Origin: an uncultured Acidimicrobiia bacterium | GTDB lineage: Bacteria > Actinomycetota > Acidimicrobiia > Spongiisociales > JAENVV01 | Length of the DNA: 64,000 nt | NCBI GenBank assembly: GCA_965366365.1 | Contig: CBDUEV010000003.1 | Span: 28,098 to 92,097 of the forward strand | Reading direction: 5' to 3' | Shown: positions 30,382 to 39,781 of the stretch, in pieces | Numbering within the stretch: position 1 is the first letter of the stretch | How the letters are laid out: the number at the start of each line of letters is the position of its first letter | Translations under genes and position numbers: made by a program | Notes under the pieces: generated by a model | Database searches by the model: none | What the model saw: the letters and a program-made list of their open reading frames with translations, nothing else | Told to the model about the DNA's origin: nothing

Positions 30382-31425
30382 TCAGGGGAAGAGGACCATC
30401 TCATCGGTACGGGTGGGTCGCTCCAGCGCCACGTATCCGGGAACGTGGTGGTGGGGCGTGTCCAGGTAGACCTTGGCTTCCGGTACCTGGGCGAATCGAC
30501 CGTGACTCCACCGCACCTCGACATGGCCAACCACGTCCACCTGCTCGCCGGACGCCTTCTCCTTGAAGCGGGCTCGCCAACCTACGACCGGTTGTCCTCG
30601 GTCGCGATCCGCCCAATGGTCCAGGCCGACGAAGTCGTAGCGAGACCGCAGATCCCACGGTGTCCCGACCCGATAGGCAAGCGGGTGACCCTCCGCCGAC
30701 TCCCCCAGAACGAAGTAGGGAGCCGACTGGAGCCGAAGGAGACGCCACACCATCTGCTCGCGGGCGCCTTTGGTGCGCAACTCGCCCTCCCACCGGCGAT
30801 TCGATCCCTCCGCCACTTTGGGCACGAAGGCGCGGTAGGCGACGAGTGCGTCGCCCGCCAACCTGCCCCGCAGGTGCCGTTTGAGTCGATCTCGATCCGC
30901 CTGGGTGAGGTCGGCGACGTGGTCGGGGAGACCCTGGTCGTCCGTGATGGCACGGCACACGTGGTAGAAGTCCTGGTAGGCACTCGGGGCCACCTCGAGG
31001 AACCAATCCGTCCGCTCCTCCTGGCGGTCCGCGAGCAGCCGGTCGAAGAGATTCATGGGCGAAGAGTTGGTGAGGATGTTCGAGCCGTACTTGCACGACA
31101 CCAGGTAGACGTGATCGACCCGCAGGTCCGCCGGGATCTGGTCGTAGCCGGGAGGGCGATGCGAACCTTTCCACTCGACCACCCATGGCGGTCGACCTCG
31201 CAGTCCTTCAGTCGAACGGGCGAACTGAGTGCCGTTGCGCCAGGCCGTGGCGAAGAGGTGTGCCTCGGCACCGCCGGCGTTGACGTCGACGAGGCGATCG
31301 TACTCCGCCACCGACACCCCGAGGAAGCTCTCGGGTCGCACGTCCAGCGCATGTTCGACACTGGGAAACCCGAACATGGCCAAGCCGGTCACGATCTCGG
31401 AGATCTCGGTGCGGATCGAGGGCAT
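30382..31425 (-). CDS. Hypothetical protein, putative PD-(D/E)xK-fold endonuclease
   Basis: 347 aa; IPADLRVDHVYLVSCKY resembles a PD...SxK catalytic motif; operonic with the DNA methyltransferase. Confidence 0.55.
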   Translation of the reverse strand: MPSIRTEISEIVTGLAMFGFPSVEHALDVRPESFLGVSVAEYDRLVDVNAGGAEAHLFATAWRNGTQFARSTEGLRGRPPWVVEWKGSHRPPGYDQIPADLRVDHVYLVSCKYGSNILTNSSPMNLFDRLLADRQEERTDWFLEVAPSAYQDFYHVCRAITDDQGLPDHVADLTQADRDRLKRHLRGRLAGDALVAYRAFVPKVAEGSNRRWEGELRTKGAREQMVWRLLRLQSAPYFVLGESAEGHPLAYRVGTPWDLRSRYDFVGLDHWADRDRGQPVVGWRARFKEKASGEQVDVVGHVEVRWSHGRFAQVPEAKVYLDTPHHHVPGYVALERPTRTDEMVLFP

Positions 31426-31428
31426 CGC

Positions 31429-31749
31429 CTAGCCGTCTCGGAACAGGCGGGTGAATTGGAGCTGAGCGCCGATCAAATCGGCAGGGAGCCGGTCACTGGT
31501 GTACACGGGAAGGTACGTGTACACGTCCACCGCCACACCGCGCAGTTCCATCCACATCACCACTGCGTCGCCCCAACGCTCCTCGAGCAGGGCTTGGCGA
31601 AGTTCCTCGGCGCCACCGGGAGCGAGTTCTCCCGGGTCGGTGCGAGCCACGAGCTCGAAGGCGAGGACTCGCTGCAGGACTTCGATGTCTTCGGCGAGGA
31701 ACACCTCGGGCGGATCGAACCGCACCACCGAGTAGGCGACACCGGTCAT
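31429..31749 (-). CDS. Small hypothetical protein (about 106 aa)
   Basis: ATG coupled to the methyltransferase stop (TGATG); 3 bp from the next gene. Confidence 0.65.
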   Translation of the reverse strand: MTGVAYSVVRFDPPEVFLAEDIEVLQRVLAFELVARTDPGELAPGGAEELRQALLEERWGDAVVMWMELRGVAVDVYTYLPVYTSDRLPADLIGAQLQFTRLFRDG

Positions 31750-33338
31750 CAAGGATCGGGGGGACTGGCTGTCTCGAACTGGTCCACCGAGGCGAGGTCG
31801 TCGAGGCTCCAGAAGCCCGGCAAGGCCTCGTCCGCTCCTTCCGCGTACCGGCGTAGGCGTTCCTGGCCGCGCGGGTCGAACATCTCGATCGCGTCGAAGA
31901 CGCTCCAGGGCCCGACGGCGCGGAGAGCTCGGTCCCCGGGGCTGGAGGGTCGGGGAAGGTTCGAGGTGAGGACGAGGAGGCGGGCGGCCGAATCCTGTGC
32001 TTTCAGGACATGGGCTCGGCCGAGCGTCTTCCAGAGCGTATCCGTCCGCATGAGGCCGGGCCGGACGGTGGTGAATGCACCGGATACGTCCACGAGGTAC
32101 TCACGGTCCTCGTCGGCGTCGATCACACGGAAATTGAACTGAACACCGACTTTCGGAATCTTGTAAGGCTCCTTGATGACGCGAAAACCCGCCTCCTCCA
32201 GCACTTTGCGAGCCAGGTCCTGGGCCTTCTTCCCTTCCGATGTGGCTCGAGCCTGGAAGTGCTCGGCACGTTCGTCATGCGACTCCGGCAACTCGAACGG
32301 CAACGGATCCGTCGCCAGGACCTCGAGGGGACGCGGACGAACGCGAGTCGCTTCGGCGAGATAGCGCTGGCGGGCGATCTCCACATAGGCGGAATCGAGG
32401 TCATAGCCGACCGCGCGGCGTCCCGACCGGGCGGCCGCCACCAGGGACGTCCCCGAACCGACGAAGGGATCGAGCACGAGATCGTTCTCGTAGGTGTAGA
32501 GCTCGATGAGGCGGCGAGGGAGCTGGAGGGGGAAGGGTGCCGGGTGCTGGACACGACGCGCGCTCTCGGCGTCGATCCGCCAGACGTCGAGCGTGGCCTC
32601 CATGAACTCGTCGACGGACATGGTGTTCTTGTGTGGATACCCCTCCTGCTCGCGCTGTTGGGGGCTCCTGGCCCGGTCGAAACGTCCCTTCGATGCGACG
32701 ATGACCCGCTCGGTCAGGTCCCGCAGAACCGGATTGGTGGCCTTGCGGAACGATCCCCATGCCACCGAACCGGCGGCTCCGTCGGCTTTCACCCAGAGGA
32801 TCTCTCCGCGCAGCAGCAGACCGAGATCGTCCTGGAGGATTCGAATCACATCGGCGGAGAGGCTGCGGTACGGCTTCCGCCCCAGGTTGGCGACGTTCAC
32901 CGCCATCCGACCCCCTGGCTCGAGGACGCGTTTGCACTCGGCGAAGACGTCGCGGAGCATCTCCAGGTACTCGATATACGACTCCGGCGGGGCAGATCCG
33001 CCCGACTCGGCGCCCGTCCCGGTCACGGCCTGCTCGTACTCCTTACCGACGAAGTAGGGCGGCGACGTGACCACCAACGCCACCGAACGATCAGGGAGAT
33101 CGGTCATGGCCCGGGCGTCGCCGAGAATCACCGGCGGGTCAGGCAGGCGCACATCCTCCGGCTTGGGGCCGAGCTCATCGTCATCCGACAGTTCAGGTGG
33201 AGCGAACCTGGCGTAGAAGGCCGAGGCGTCGTGGTTCTCACGCCGCCCCACACCGAAAGCGGAGGTGGTGGTGCCTCCTCGCTTCGAGTCGGCGGTATCG
33301 CGGCGCGTCGGCGTCGTGGGTGGAGTTGGTTCGGTCAC
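31749..33338 (-). CDS. Beta-class N4-C/N6-A DNA methyltransferase with C-terminal restriction-endonuclease-like domain
   Basis: VTSPPY (motif IV), HPAPFP, LDPFVGSGT (motif I); extra ~170-aa tail. Start GTG 33338 follows a TAAGGT -10. Confidence 0.88.
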   Translation of the reverse strand: MTEPTPPTTPTRRDTADSKRGGTTTSAFGVGRRENHDASAFYARFAPPELSDDDELGPKPEDVRLPDPPVILGDARAMTDLPDRSVALVVTSPPYFVGKEYEQAVTGTGAESGGSAPPESYIEYLEMLRDVFAECKRVLEPGGRMAVNVANLGRKPYRSLSADVIRILQDDLGLLLRGEILWVKADGAAGSVAWGSFRKATNPVLRDLTERVIVASKGRFDRARSPQQREQEGYPHKNTMSVDEFMEATLDVWRIDAESARRVQHPAPFPLQLPRRLIELYTYENDLVLDPFVGSGTSLVAAARSGRRAVGYDLDSAYVEIARQRYLAEATRVRPRPLEVLATDPLPFELPESHDERAEHFQARATSEGKKAQDLARKVLEEAGFRVIKEPYKIPKVGVQFNFRVIDADEDREYLVDVSGAFTTVRPGLMRTDTLWKTLGRAHVLKAQDSAARLLVLTSNLPRPSSPGDRALRAVGPWSVFDAIEMFDPRGQERLRRYAEGADEALPGFWSLDDLASVDQFETASPPDP

Positions 33339-33451
33339 GGTCGCAACCTTACCGGCTCGCTGTGACGAAATCGGCCCATGTCCCGGCACCCGAGTGGCTG
33401 GATTCGGCCGGCCCAGATGCGACGAGTCAGGAACGACCTAGTATCTCTCGG

Positions 33452-35332
33452 ATGTCCACCAACCCCGAACGGTCGGGAATGACCGAAGAGCAGCGGCGCA
33501 GGCGCCAGGAGCAGCGGCGCAGGCGCCTTGAGCAGCCTCGTCAGCAGGTGAACCGCAAATCGTTGAGTCAGCTTCGGCGACTCGGCCAATTCGTGAAGCC
33601 GTACCGTCGGTATCTGGCTCTCGCCTTGCTCGGCGTCATGGCGGCCAGCGTCCTCGGGTTGGTCTTTCCCCAGGTGATGGGTTCGCTGGTCGACACCGCC
33701 TTGGCCGGCCTCGACAACAACGACACCACCGAACTCGACCGCATCGCTCTGATTCTCATCGCCGTGTTCGCCGGCCAGGCCCTCTTCAATGTGCTCAGGG
33801 TCTACTACGCCGGGATCATGGGAGAGGCCATCGTCGCCGATCTCCGCAAAGGCGTCTACCGCCACCTGATGACGCTCCCGGTCACCTTCTTCGATCAGCG
33901 CAAGACGGGCGAGATCACCTCCCGGCTGACCTCGGATGTCGCGGTTGTGCAGGCCACGGTTTCAACGGCCCTGGCGCAAGCCTTCGCACAGGGTTTCACA
34001 CTGTTGGGTGGCGTGGTCTTGATGTTCCTGACCAGTTTCAGGCTGTCGCTGACGGTGCTGTCCTTCCTTCCGATCGCCGTGGTGGCGGCGCGCCTGTTTG
34101 GTCGCCGACTCCGGCAGATCTCTACGCAGTTCCAGGACCGGGTGGCTGAAGCCAACAGCTATGCCGAGGAAGCCATCTCGGCCAATCGAGTCGTGAAGTG
34201 GTTCACGGCAGAAGAAATCGAGATCGAGCGCTATACCGGTGCAGTCGACAAGTCCTACCAAGTCGCTCGCCGTCGGGCAAAGCTCCAGGCGATCTTCAAC
34301 CCTTCCGTGACCTTCGTCGCCTTCGGGACTCTGGCCGTGGTGATGTGGGTAGGGGGCCGCCAGGTGCTCGACGGACAACTCACCGCGGGAAGCCTGGTCA
34401 CCTTCCTGCTCTATACCGTGACCGTCGCCGGCGCCATCGGTTCCCTGACCGGCCTCTATGCCCAACTTCAGCAGACCCTCGGCGCCACCCACCGAATCTT
34501 TCAACTCCTCGACGAACGAAGCGATGTCGTGGAGCCGGAGAACCCCGTCCACCTCGAGTCGGTGGAAGGCCGGCTCTCCTTTGAGGACGTCTCTTTCGCC
34601 TACTCGGACCGAGACGTGGATGTCCTCTCCGAGGTGACCTTGAAGGTCGAACCCGGGGAACGCCTGGCGATCGTGGGTCCCAGCGGAGCAGGGAAATCGA
34701 CTCTCGTGCAGTTGATCCCCCGTTTCTTCGACCCCGATGAGGGTCGCATTCTGCTGGACGGCGTCGACCTGAAAGATCTGGTCACCATCGATGCCCGCAA
34801 GCACATGGCCGCCGTGCCCCAGGAGACCCAGCTCTTCTCCGGCACGATCGCCGAGAACCTCCGAGTTGCCAAGCCGCATGCCTCCGACAACGAACTGCAC
34901 GAGGCGGCCCTGGCGGCCAACGCCCACGATTTCATCGTTGAGTTCCCCGACGGCTACGACACGCTGGTGGGCGAGCGGGGCGTGAAGCTGTCCGGAGGCC
35001 AGCGCCAGCGAGTCGCCATCGCTCGAGCCCTGCTCAAGGACCCGCGCATTCTCATACTGGACGAGGCAACCAGCTCACTCGACTCCGAGGCCGAGGCGCT
35101 TGTGCAAGAGGCCCTCGAACGACTCATGGAAGGCCGGACCTCTCTGGTGATCGCTCACCGCCTCAGCACGGTCAGGGACGCCGACCGCATCATCGTCGTC
35201 GACCGGGGACGGATCGTTCAAGAAGGAACCCATGACGCCCTTCTCGAACAGGGCGGCCTCTACGCCGAGCTTTCCGCCCGTCAGTTCGTCGACGAACCGA
35301 ACTCCGGACCCGACGAGCACCCACCCGCCTAG
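33452..35332 (+). CDS. ABC exporter, fused TMD-NBD (MsbA-like)
   Basis: Six TMs, GPSGAGKST, LSGGQRQR, LDEATSSLD, IAHRLST; TAGTAT -10 before ATG 33452. Confidence 0.93.
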   Translation: MSTNPERSGMTEEQRRRRQEQRRRRLEQPRQQVNRKSLSQLRRLGQFVKPYRRYLALALLGVMAASVLGLVFPQVMGSLVDTALAGLDNNDTTELDRIALILIAVFAGQALFNVLRVYYAGIMGEAIVADLRKGVYRHLMTLPVTFFDQRKTGEITSRLTSDVAVVQATVSTALAQAFAQGFTLLGGVVLMFLTSFRLSLTVLSFLPIAVVAARLFGRRLRQISTQFQDRVAEANSYAEEAISANRVVKWFTAEEIEIERYTGAVDKSYQVARRRAKLQAIFNPSVTFVAFGTLAVVMWVGGRQVLDGQLTAGSLVTFLLYTVTVAGAIGSLTGLYAQLQQTLGATHRIFQLLDERSDVVEPENPVHLESVEGRLSFEDVSFAYSDRDVDVLSEVTLKVEPGERLAIVGPSGAGKSTLVQLIPRFFDPDEGRILLDGVDLKDLVTIDARKHMAAVPQETQLFSGTIAENLRVAKPHASDNELHEAALAANAHDFIVEFPDGYDTLVGERGVKLSGGQRQRVAIARALLKDPRILILDEATSSLDSEAEALVQEALERLMEGRTSLVIAHRLSTVRDADRIIVVDRGRIVQEGTHDALLEQGGLYAELSARQFVDEPNSGPDEHPPA

Positions 35333-35352
35333 AAGATCGGCGCTCTCCGCCT

Positions 35353-36495
35353 TCAGACCGTCGGGACGATCGCGTCGAGGCGGTCCAGGATCTGAGCGAG
35401 CACCTCCGGGTACGTGGCGAAGTTCAGGCGGGCGTGCCCACGCCCCCCGGTGCCGAATTGCGCTCCCGGGCTGAGGGCGACCTGCGCTTCTCGCAACGCC
35501 ACCTCGTAGGGCTCCTCGTTCCACTGCAGCGGCCGGAAGTCGAGCCAGGCCAGATAGGTCGCCTCGGGGGACCGATGCCCGACCCGACCACCCGCCCAAT
35601 CGGCGACTCGAGAGCGATTGGCCGCCAGGAGCTGCAGGGTTTCCTCCAACCAGGGACCACCCGACTCCCAAGCCGCGGCGGTGGCCCGCACCCCGACACC
35701 CGAGGGGTGGCCCATCAGGCTGGTGGGAAGGGCTTCGAAGGCCTCCATGAGCCGCTCCGACCCGAAGCTGGCCACCGCACACCCCACGCCGGCCAGGTTG
35801 AAGGTCTTGGAGGCGGACATGAGCGTGACGGTGCGCTCGGCGATATCCGGGCCGAGCACGGTGATGGGAATGTGGCGATTCGGTTCATAGACGAGATCGG
35901 CGTGGATCTCGTCCGAGACCACCACCAGGTCGTGCTCCACCGCCAGAGCCGCGATCAGTCCGAGTTCTTCGAGCGACAGCACGCGGCCACAGGGGTTGTG
36001 CGGGTTCGAAAGCAGGATCATCCGAGCACCCTGGGCGATGGCCGATTCCATTGCCTCGGCGGTGACTCGATAGCCCGACTCACGGTCGGAGAGAGGAGCC
36101 TCGACGATCCGGCGGCCGGCCGACTCGATGGCGATCCCAAACGGGTGATAGATGGGGGTCTGGATGATGACGCCGTCGCCGGGCTCCGTCAGCCCCGCCA
36201 GGCATGCGGCCACGCCCTGCATCACGTCCCCGACGACTCGCAGCTGTTCGGTTTCCGGGCGCCATCCGTGCCGGTCCGCGGCCCAGGACTGCAGGGCTTG
36301 GGTGACCCGCCGATGGTGGACGAGGGGGTTCACATAGCCCCAGTCGCCGTCGTCGATATAGCGTCGCAGTTCTTCTGCGATCGGAGCCGGTGGCGGCAGA
36401 TCCATGTCGGCCACCCAGGCAGGCAAGACGTCGGGTGGGTAGTGCGTCCACTTGACGCCTTGACGCATGGCCACTTCTTCCGGTCCGAAAGGCAT
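35353..36495 (-). CDS. MalY/PatB-family PLP enzyme (cystathionine beta-lyase)
   Basis: WVADMD, NPHNP, SDEIHAD, SASKTFNLAG, EATYLAWLD. Confidence 0.92.
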   Translation of the reverse strand: MPFGPEEVAMRQGVKWTHYPPDVLPAWVADMDLPPPAPIAEELRRYIDDGDWGYVNPLVHHRRVTQALQSWAADRHGWRPETEQLRVVGDVMQGVAACLAGLTEPGDGVIIQTPIYHPFGIAIESAGRRIVEAPLSDRESGYRVTAEAMESAIAQGARMILLSNPHNPCGRVLSLEELGLIAALAVEHDLVVVSDEIHADLVYEPNRHIPITVLGPDIAERTVTLMSASKTFNLAGVGCAVASFGSERLMEAFEALPTSLMGHPSGVGVRATAAAWESGGPWLEETLQLLAANRSRVADWAGGRVGHRSPEATYLAWLDFRPLQWNEEPYEVALREAQVALSPGAQFGTGGRGHARLNFATYPEVLAQILDRLDAIVPTV

Positions 36496-36518
36496 GCGGC
36501 GAGATTAGTAGGCACCAT

Positions 36519-36552
36519 GCGAGGCCGACCGGGCGAGGCCGACCGGGCGAGG
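36519..36552 (+). repeat. 14-bp tandem repeat GCGAGGCCGACCGG x2.4 in a divergent intergenic region
   Basis: Direct inspection. Confidence 0.7.
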
Positions 36553-36615
36553 GCCAAGCGGCGAAGCCGACGGGGGGCGCCCGCGCCTCCCCCACCACCC
36601 TCGTAGACTCCGCTG

Positions 36616-37080
36616 GTGCGCTTCGAACTGGACCTCGAGGAATTCCTCTACTTCACCGACCGCGCCCTCGACGGGATGATGGAAATCGTTGGCGGGCTCG
36701 GCGACGACCTCGCCAACTCAACACCGAACCTTCCCGGAGCGAATTCGCCCGTGGCGATCCTCGTTCACTGTCTGGGTGTGATCGAGTTCTGGACCGGCGC
36801 CGTGATCGCCGGACGGGTGGTCCGTCGCGACCGCTCCGCCGAGTTCACCTCGGTGGCCACGGTGGCGGACCTGACGAAGCGGGTCGCCGTCGCCAAGACC
36901 CAGATGCGCCAGGATCTGGCGACCATGGACTCGCTTGCACCTCCACGAACCGTGCCTCCTGGACGCTTCCAGGGCCCGGACCGACCATTGACCCAGGGGG
37001 CCGCTCTGGTGCATGTCTTGGAAGAACTCACCCAGCACCACGGCCATGTGGAACTCAGTCGCGACATCCTCCTGACCTGA
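36616..37080 (+). CDS. DinB-family (DUF664-like) protein
   Basis: NSPVAILVH, HVLEELTQHHGHVE metal-binding His; TAGACT -10. Confidence 0.85.
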   Translation: MRFELDLEEFLYFTDRALDGMMEIVGGLGDDLANSTPNLPGANSPVAILVHCLGVIEFWTGAVIAGRVVRRDRSAEFTSVATVADLTKRVAVAKTQMRQDLATMDSLAPPRTVPPGRFQGPDRPLTQGAALVHVLEELTQHHGHVELSRDILLT

Positions 37081-37103
37081 TCTCGTTGGGGCTCCTTCTG
37101 GAC

Positions 37104-39716
37104 CTACTCGTCCTCCAGGTAGGTCCCGACCACCTCGGAGATCTCCTGCAGGGTCAAGAAGGATCCGCCGATGAACCAATCGAGTGGCTCCGGTTCGGCC
37201 GACGGAAGTCCGGTGGCCGGGTCGATGACCACCAACGTGCTGAGCAACTCCCCGAGTTCGTGGTTGTCGATCGAGTCGAGCTCGGCCAGGTCGATCTCGA
37301 GAGTCACAGTCTCGCCGGTGGTGGCGTCCACCAGGGCTCCCTGATCCGATAGGGCCTGGAGCACCGCATACCCGTAGGGGTCGCGCCGGGTGAGGGCGGC
37401 GATGGCATCCATCTGAGCCTTCTCGAGATTGTCGACAGGGAATGCTTCGTTGGTGTAGAGCGACTTGACTCCGTTTCCCACGACCTGCCCCACTCCGAAC
37501 TTGGCAATGGCGGCGTATCCGGCCGATCCGAGCACGGTGGCCGGCGCGAAAAAGAAGGCGGCGGTGGTGATGGCGGCTGCCGTGAAGATTCCCGTCCACT
37601 GCCGGAGGGCGCTATTCCGAGCGTCCTCGTCGGCCGCATCGGCCAGGTGCTCGTCGATCCAGATGGCCGACGTCAGTCCCTCCAGGCCGGCCAGGTCGTT
37701 GGTGTATTGGTGACGCAGATCGGGTTGGGAGGGGTCGGCCACCCCACCGAGCGTCTCGTAGTTGAAGAGCATCATGTTGGTGATGAACACCTCGGCGGCG
37801 ACCTCCTCACCGAGCACCACGTGCATGAGAGCCTCGAGGGTCGCCTGCGAGTCGGCGCCTTCTGCTTCGAGGTGCTCGCGAAGGACCCCCATCGGCAACT
37901 CGCCCGGTATGTAGAGCGTCCCGAGTTCACGCTGGCGCTCCACCGAAGGAACAAACGAATCGATGTGCGGGGCCACCATGACGGCTGCTCCGATCGCCAC
38001 GCCCGCCTCGACTTCGTGACCCTCTGCCTCGATCCCGGCCAAAGCCATCACGGCCGCCGTCGTGGCGGCCATCCCGGAGGGACCGGGCACGTCGACGAGA
38101 TTGGCCAGCACGTCGCCCATGGCCACCCCGTCGTCCCTGAATTCCGCGTCGAGCAGACCCTCGAGGAGACCGGCTGAACCGAGGGCATTGACCAGCATGA
38201 CCGATGCGTCGGGCAGGTCGGCGAACTGCTGAAGCAGCATGACGCGGGCATCGACCACAGCTCCCAGGTTGGTGGCCGGTTCGTACGCGGGGGTGAAGTG
38301 CTGCATCCCGGTGTTGGCGGGGATCTCACCGCGCGCCACGGCCGCCACGGTGGCGCTCACCAGGAACTCGTCCGAGAAACTCCCATAGGTGAAGAGCCAG
38401 GCGGGGTCGACCGTATTGACGATCATCGGATCCAGACCGACGCCGTTGATCAGGTCGGCGCCCGAGAAGGAAAGCTCGCCCACCAATGTGGCCGCCCCCA
38501 GGGTCTCCGAGAGCAGGCGAATCATCGCCTCGGCCTGGTGCTCATCGGTGGAAAAGGCGTTGAGTGCCAGATTGGCCGTCCGGTAGGTTCCCGCCGCATC
38601 CAGGGTGTTGTAGAAGGCTGCCGCCGCGACCCCGTCGTGGCCTTTCAGCAGCTCGAGGATCTCGAGATGCTCCTCGGGAGCGGCGAAATCCTCCCACCCC
38701 GTTTCCCATTCCGTGGCGAGGTACTCGCCCACCACACGGGAACGGTCCGTCGGCCGGACAAAGGGAACCCCGGCGAGATAGTCGTATACCTCTTGCCGGC
38801 TGACAGGCGCAGTGAGTTCTTCATACCTGGCCTCCAGGCCGGCGAGCCGTTGGGCGACACCATGCTCGACGTCCCGGGCGTCTTCGTACGCCTGGGCCTT
38901 GGCGCGATAGTCGGAATCCCGCAGCACGAGGCCCCCCAGGATTCCATCGGCATGCTTCATCTCCCAGTAGGCCAAGCGGGCGGTATCCCCGGCAGCTTCG
39001 AGCTCCTCGCGAACCTCCTCGATCTCCACCTGGAGGCTTCCCGCTTCGGCCATCCTGGACACGTAATCGGCTGGAAAGAGGTACTCGGGTAGGCCGGCCG
39101 CCGCCGGCGAGATCCCCGACCGCATCGCCACGGACACTTCGACGAGATCCTGCCGGGTGACCCCCAGGGCCGAGGTGAGCCTGAGGATCTCCTCTTCGGC
39201 ACCCACCCGCATGACGTCGACCCACGATCCCACCGAGCCCATCCCCAAGGCGATATTCCGATTCTCCAACGCCTCGGCGAGGAGCTGCTCGCGATGGCGA
39301 CGCAGCTGCATGCCGAGGACGGCCGCCTTGGCCACCAGGCGAAAGTATTCGGCATCCAACACCCAGCCGCTGTGCTGGTCGATTTCGCTCTGAGCCGCCA
39401 CCAAGGCGAGAGTCAGCCGCTCCTCCTCGGTGGGAGGTGGCGGCGCCAGGAGCATGCTGGCGAACGTGTCGACGCCGAGATCCTGTCGAACTCGAACCGC
39501 CAGCTGATCGAGGTACGCCACTCTCCCGTCCAGATCGGAAGCGCGCCCGCGCATGGCATCCACGGCGGCCGACAGCGCACTGGTCGAACCCGAATATCGG
39601 CCGACCGCGCCGAGGCGACTGAGAATCGAGGAGCGGGTGGCAGCTAGCCCGTCGGCGGTCGACCGCAGCGTCGTCGCCTTCTCCCGAAGATCGCCATGAT
39701 CGAAGATCCATGTCAT
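37104..39716 (-). CDS. Large helical hypothetical protein with WXG100-like N-terminus
   Basis: 870 aa; N-terminal helical hairpin centred on RYSG, coiled coils, late Gly/Ala-rich hydrophobic hairpin. Confidence 0.6.
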   Translation of the reverse strand: MTWIFDHGDLREKATTLRSTADGLAATRSSILSRLGAVGRYSGSTSALSAAVDAMRGRASDLDGRVAYLDQLAVRVRQDLGVDTFASMLLAPPPPTEEERLTLALVAAQSEIDQHSGWVLDAEYFRLVAKAAVLGMQLRRHREQLLAEALENRNIALGMGSVGSWVDVMRVGAEEEILRLTSALGVTRQDLVEVSVAMRSGISPAAAGLPEYLFPADYVSRMAEAGSLQVEIEEVREELEAAGDTARLAYWEMKHADGILGGLVLRDSDYRAKAQAYEDARDVEHGVAQRLAGLEARYEELTAPVSRQEVYDYLAGVPFVRPTDRSRVVGEYLATEWETGWEDFAAPEEHLEILELLKGHDGVAAAAFYNTLDAAGTYRTANLALNAFSTDEHQAEAMIRLLSETLGAATLVGELSFSGADLINGVGLDPMIVNTVDPAWLFTYGSFSDEFLVSATVAAVARGEIPANTGMQHFTPAYEPATNLGAVVDARVMLLQQFADLPDASVMLVNALGSAGLLEGLLDAEFRDDGVAMGDVLANLVDVPGPSGMAATTAAVMALAGIEAEGHEVEAGVAIGAAVMVAPHIDSFVPSVERQRELGTLYIPGELPMGVLREHLEAEGADSQATLEALMHVVLGEEVAAEVFITNMMLFNYETLGGVADPSQPDLRHQYTNDLAGLEGLTSAIWIDEHLADAADEDARNSALRQWTGIFTAAAITTAAFFFAPATVLGSAGYAAIAKFGVGQVVGNGVKSLYTNEAFPVDNLEKAQMDAIAALTRRDPYGYAVLQALSDQGALVDATTGETVTLEIDLAELDSIDNHELGELLSTLVVIDPATGLPSAEPEPLDWFIGGSFLTLQEISEVVGTYLEDE

Positions 39717-39723
39717 GCAACGT

Positions 39724-39753
39724 AAACTACTGCAAATCTACCTTGACATGCAA
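39724..39753 (-). promoter_or_regulatory. Sigma70-type promoter for the leaderless 870-aa gene
   Basis: TTGCAT (39753-39748)-18 bp-TAGTTT (39729-39724), 7 bp before the ATG. Confidence 0.55.
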
Positions 39754-39781
39754 ATAATCATTCCGGGTCGAACCACGGCGT

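Noticed and set aside
30340-32142. 600-aa plus-strand ORF and similar long antisense ORFs (2169..3470, 39839..41092, 56224..57510, 59401..61086)
   Set aside because: Shadow frames opposite coherent genes; expected in high-GC DNA and without recognisable motifs.
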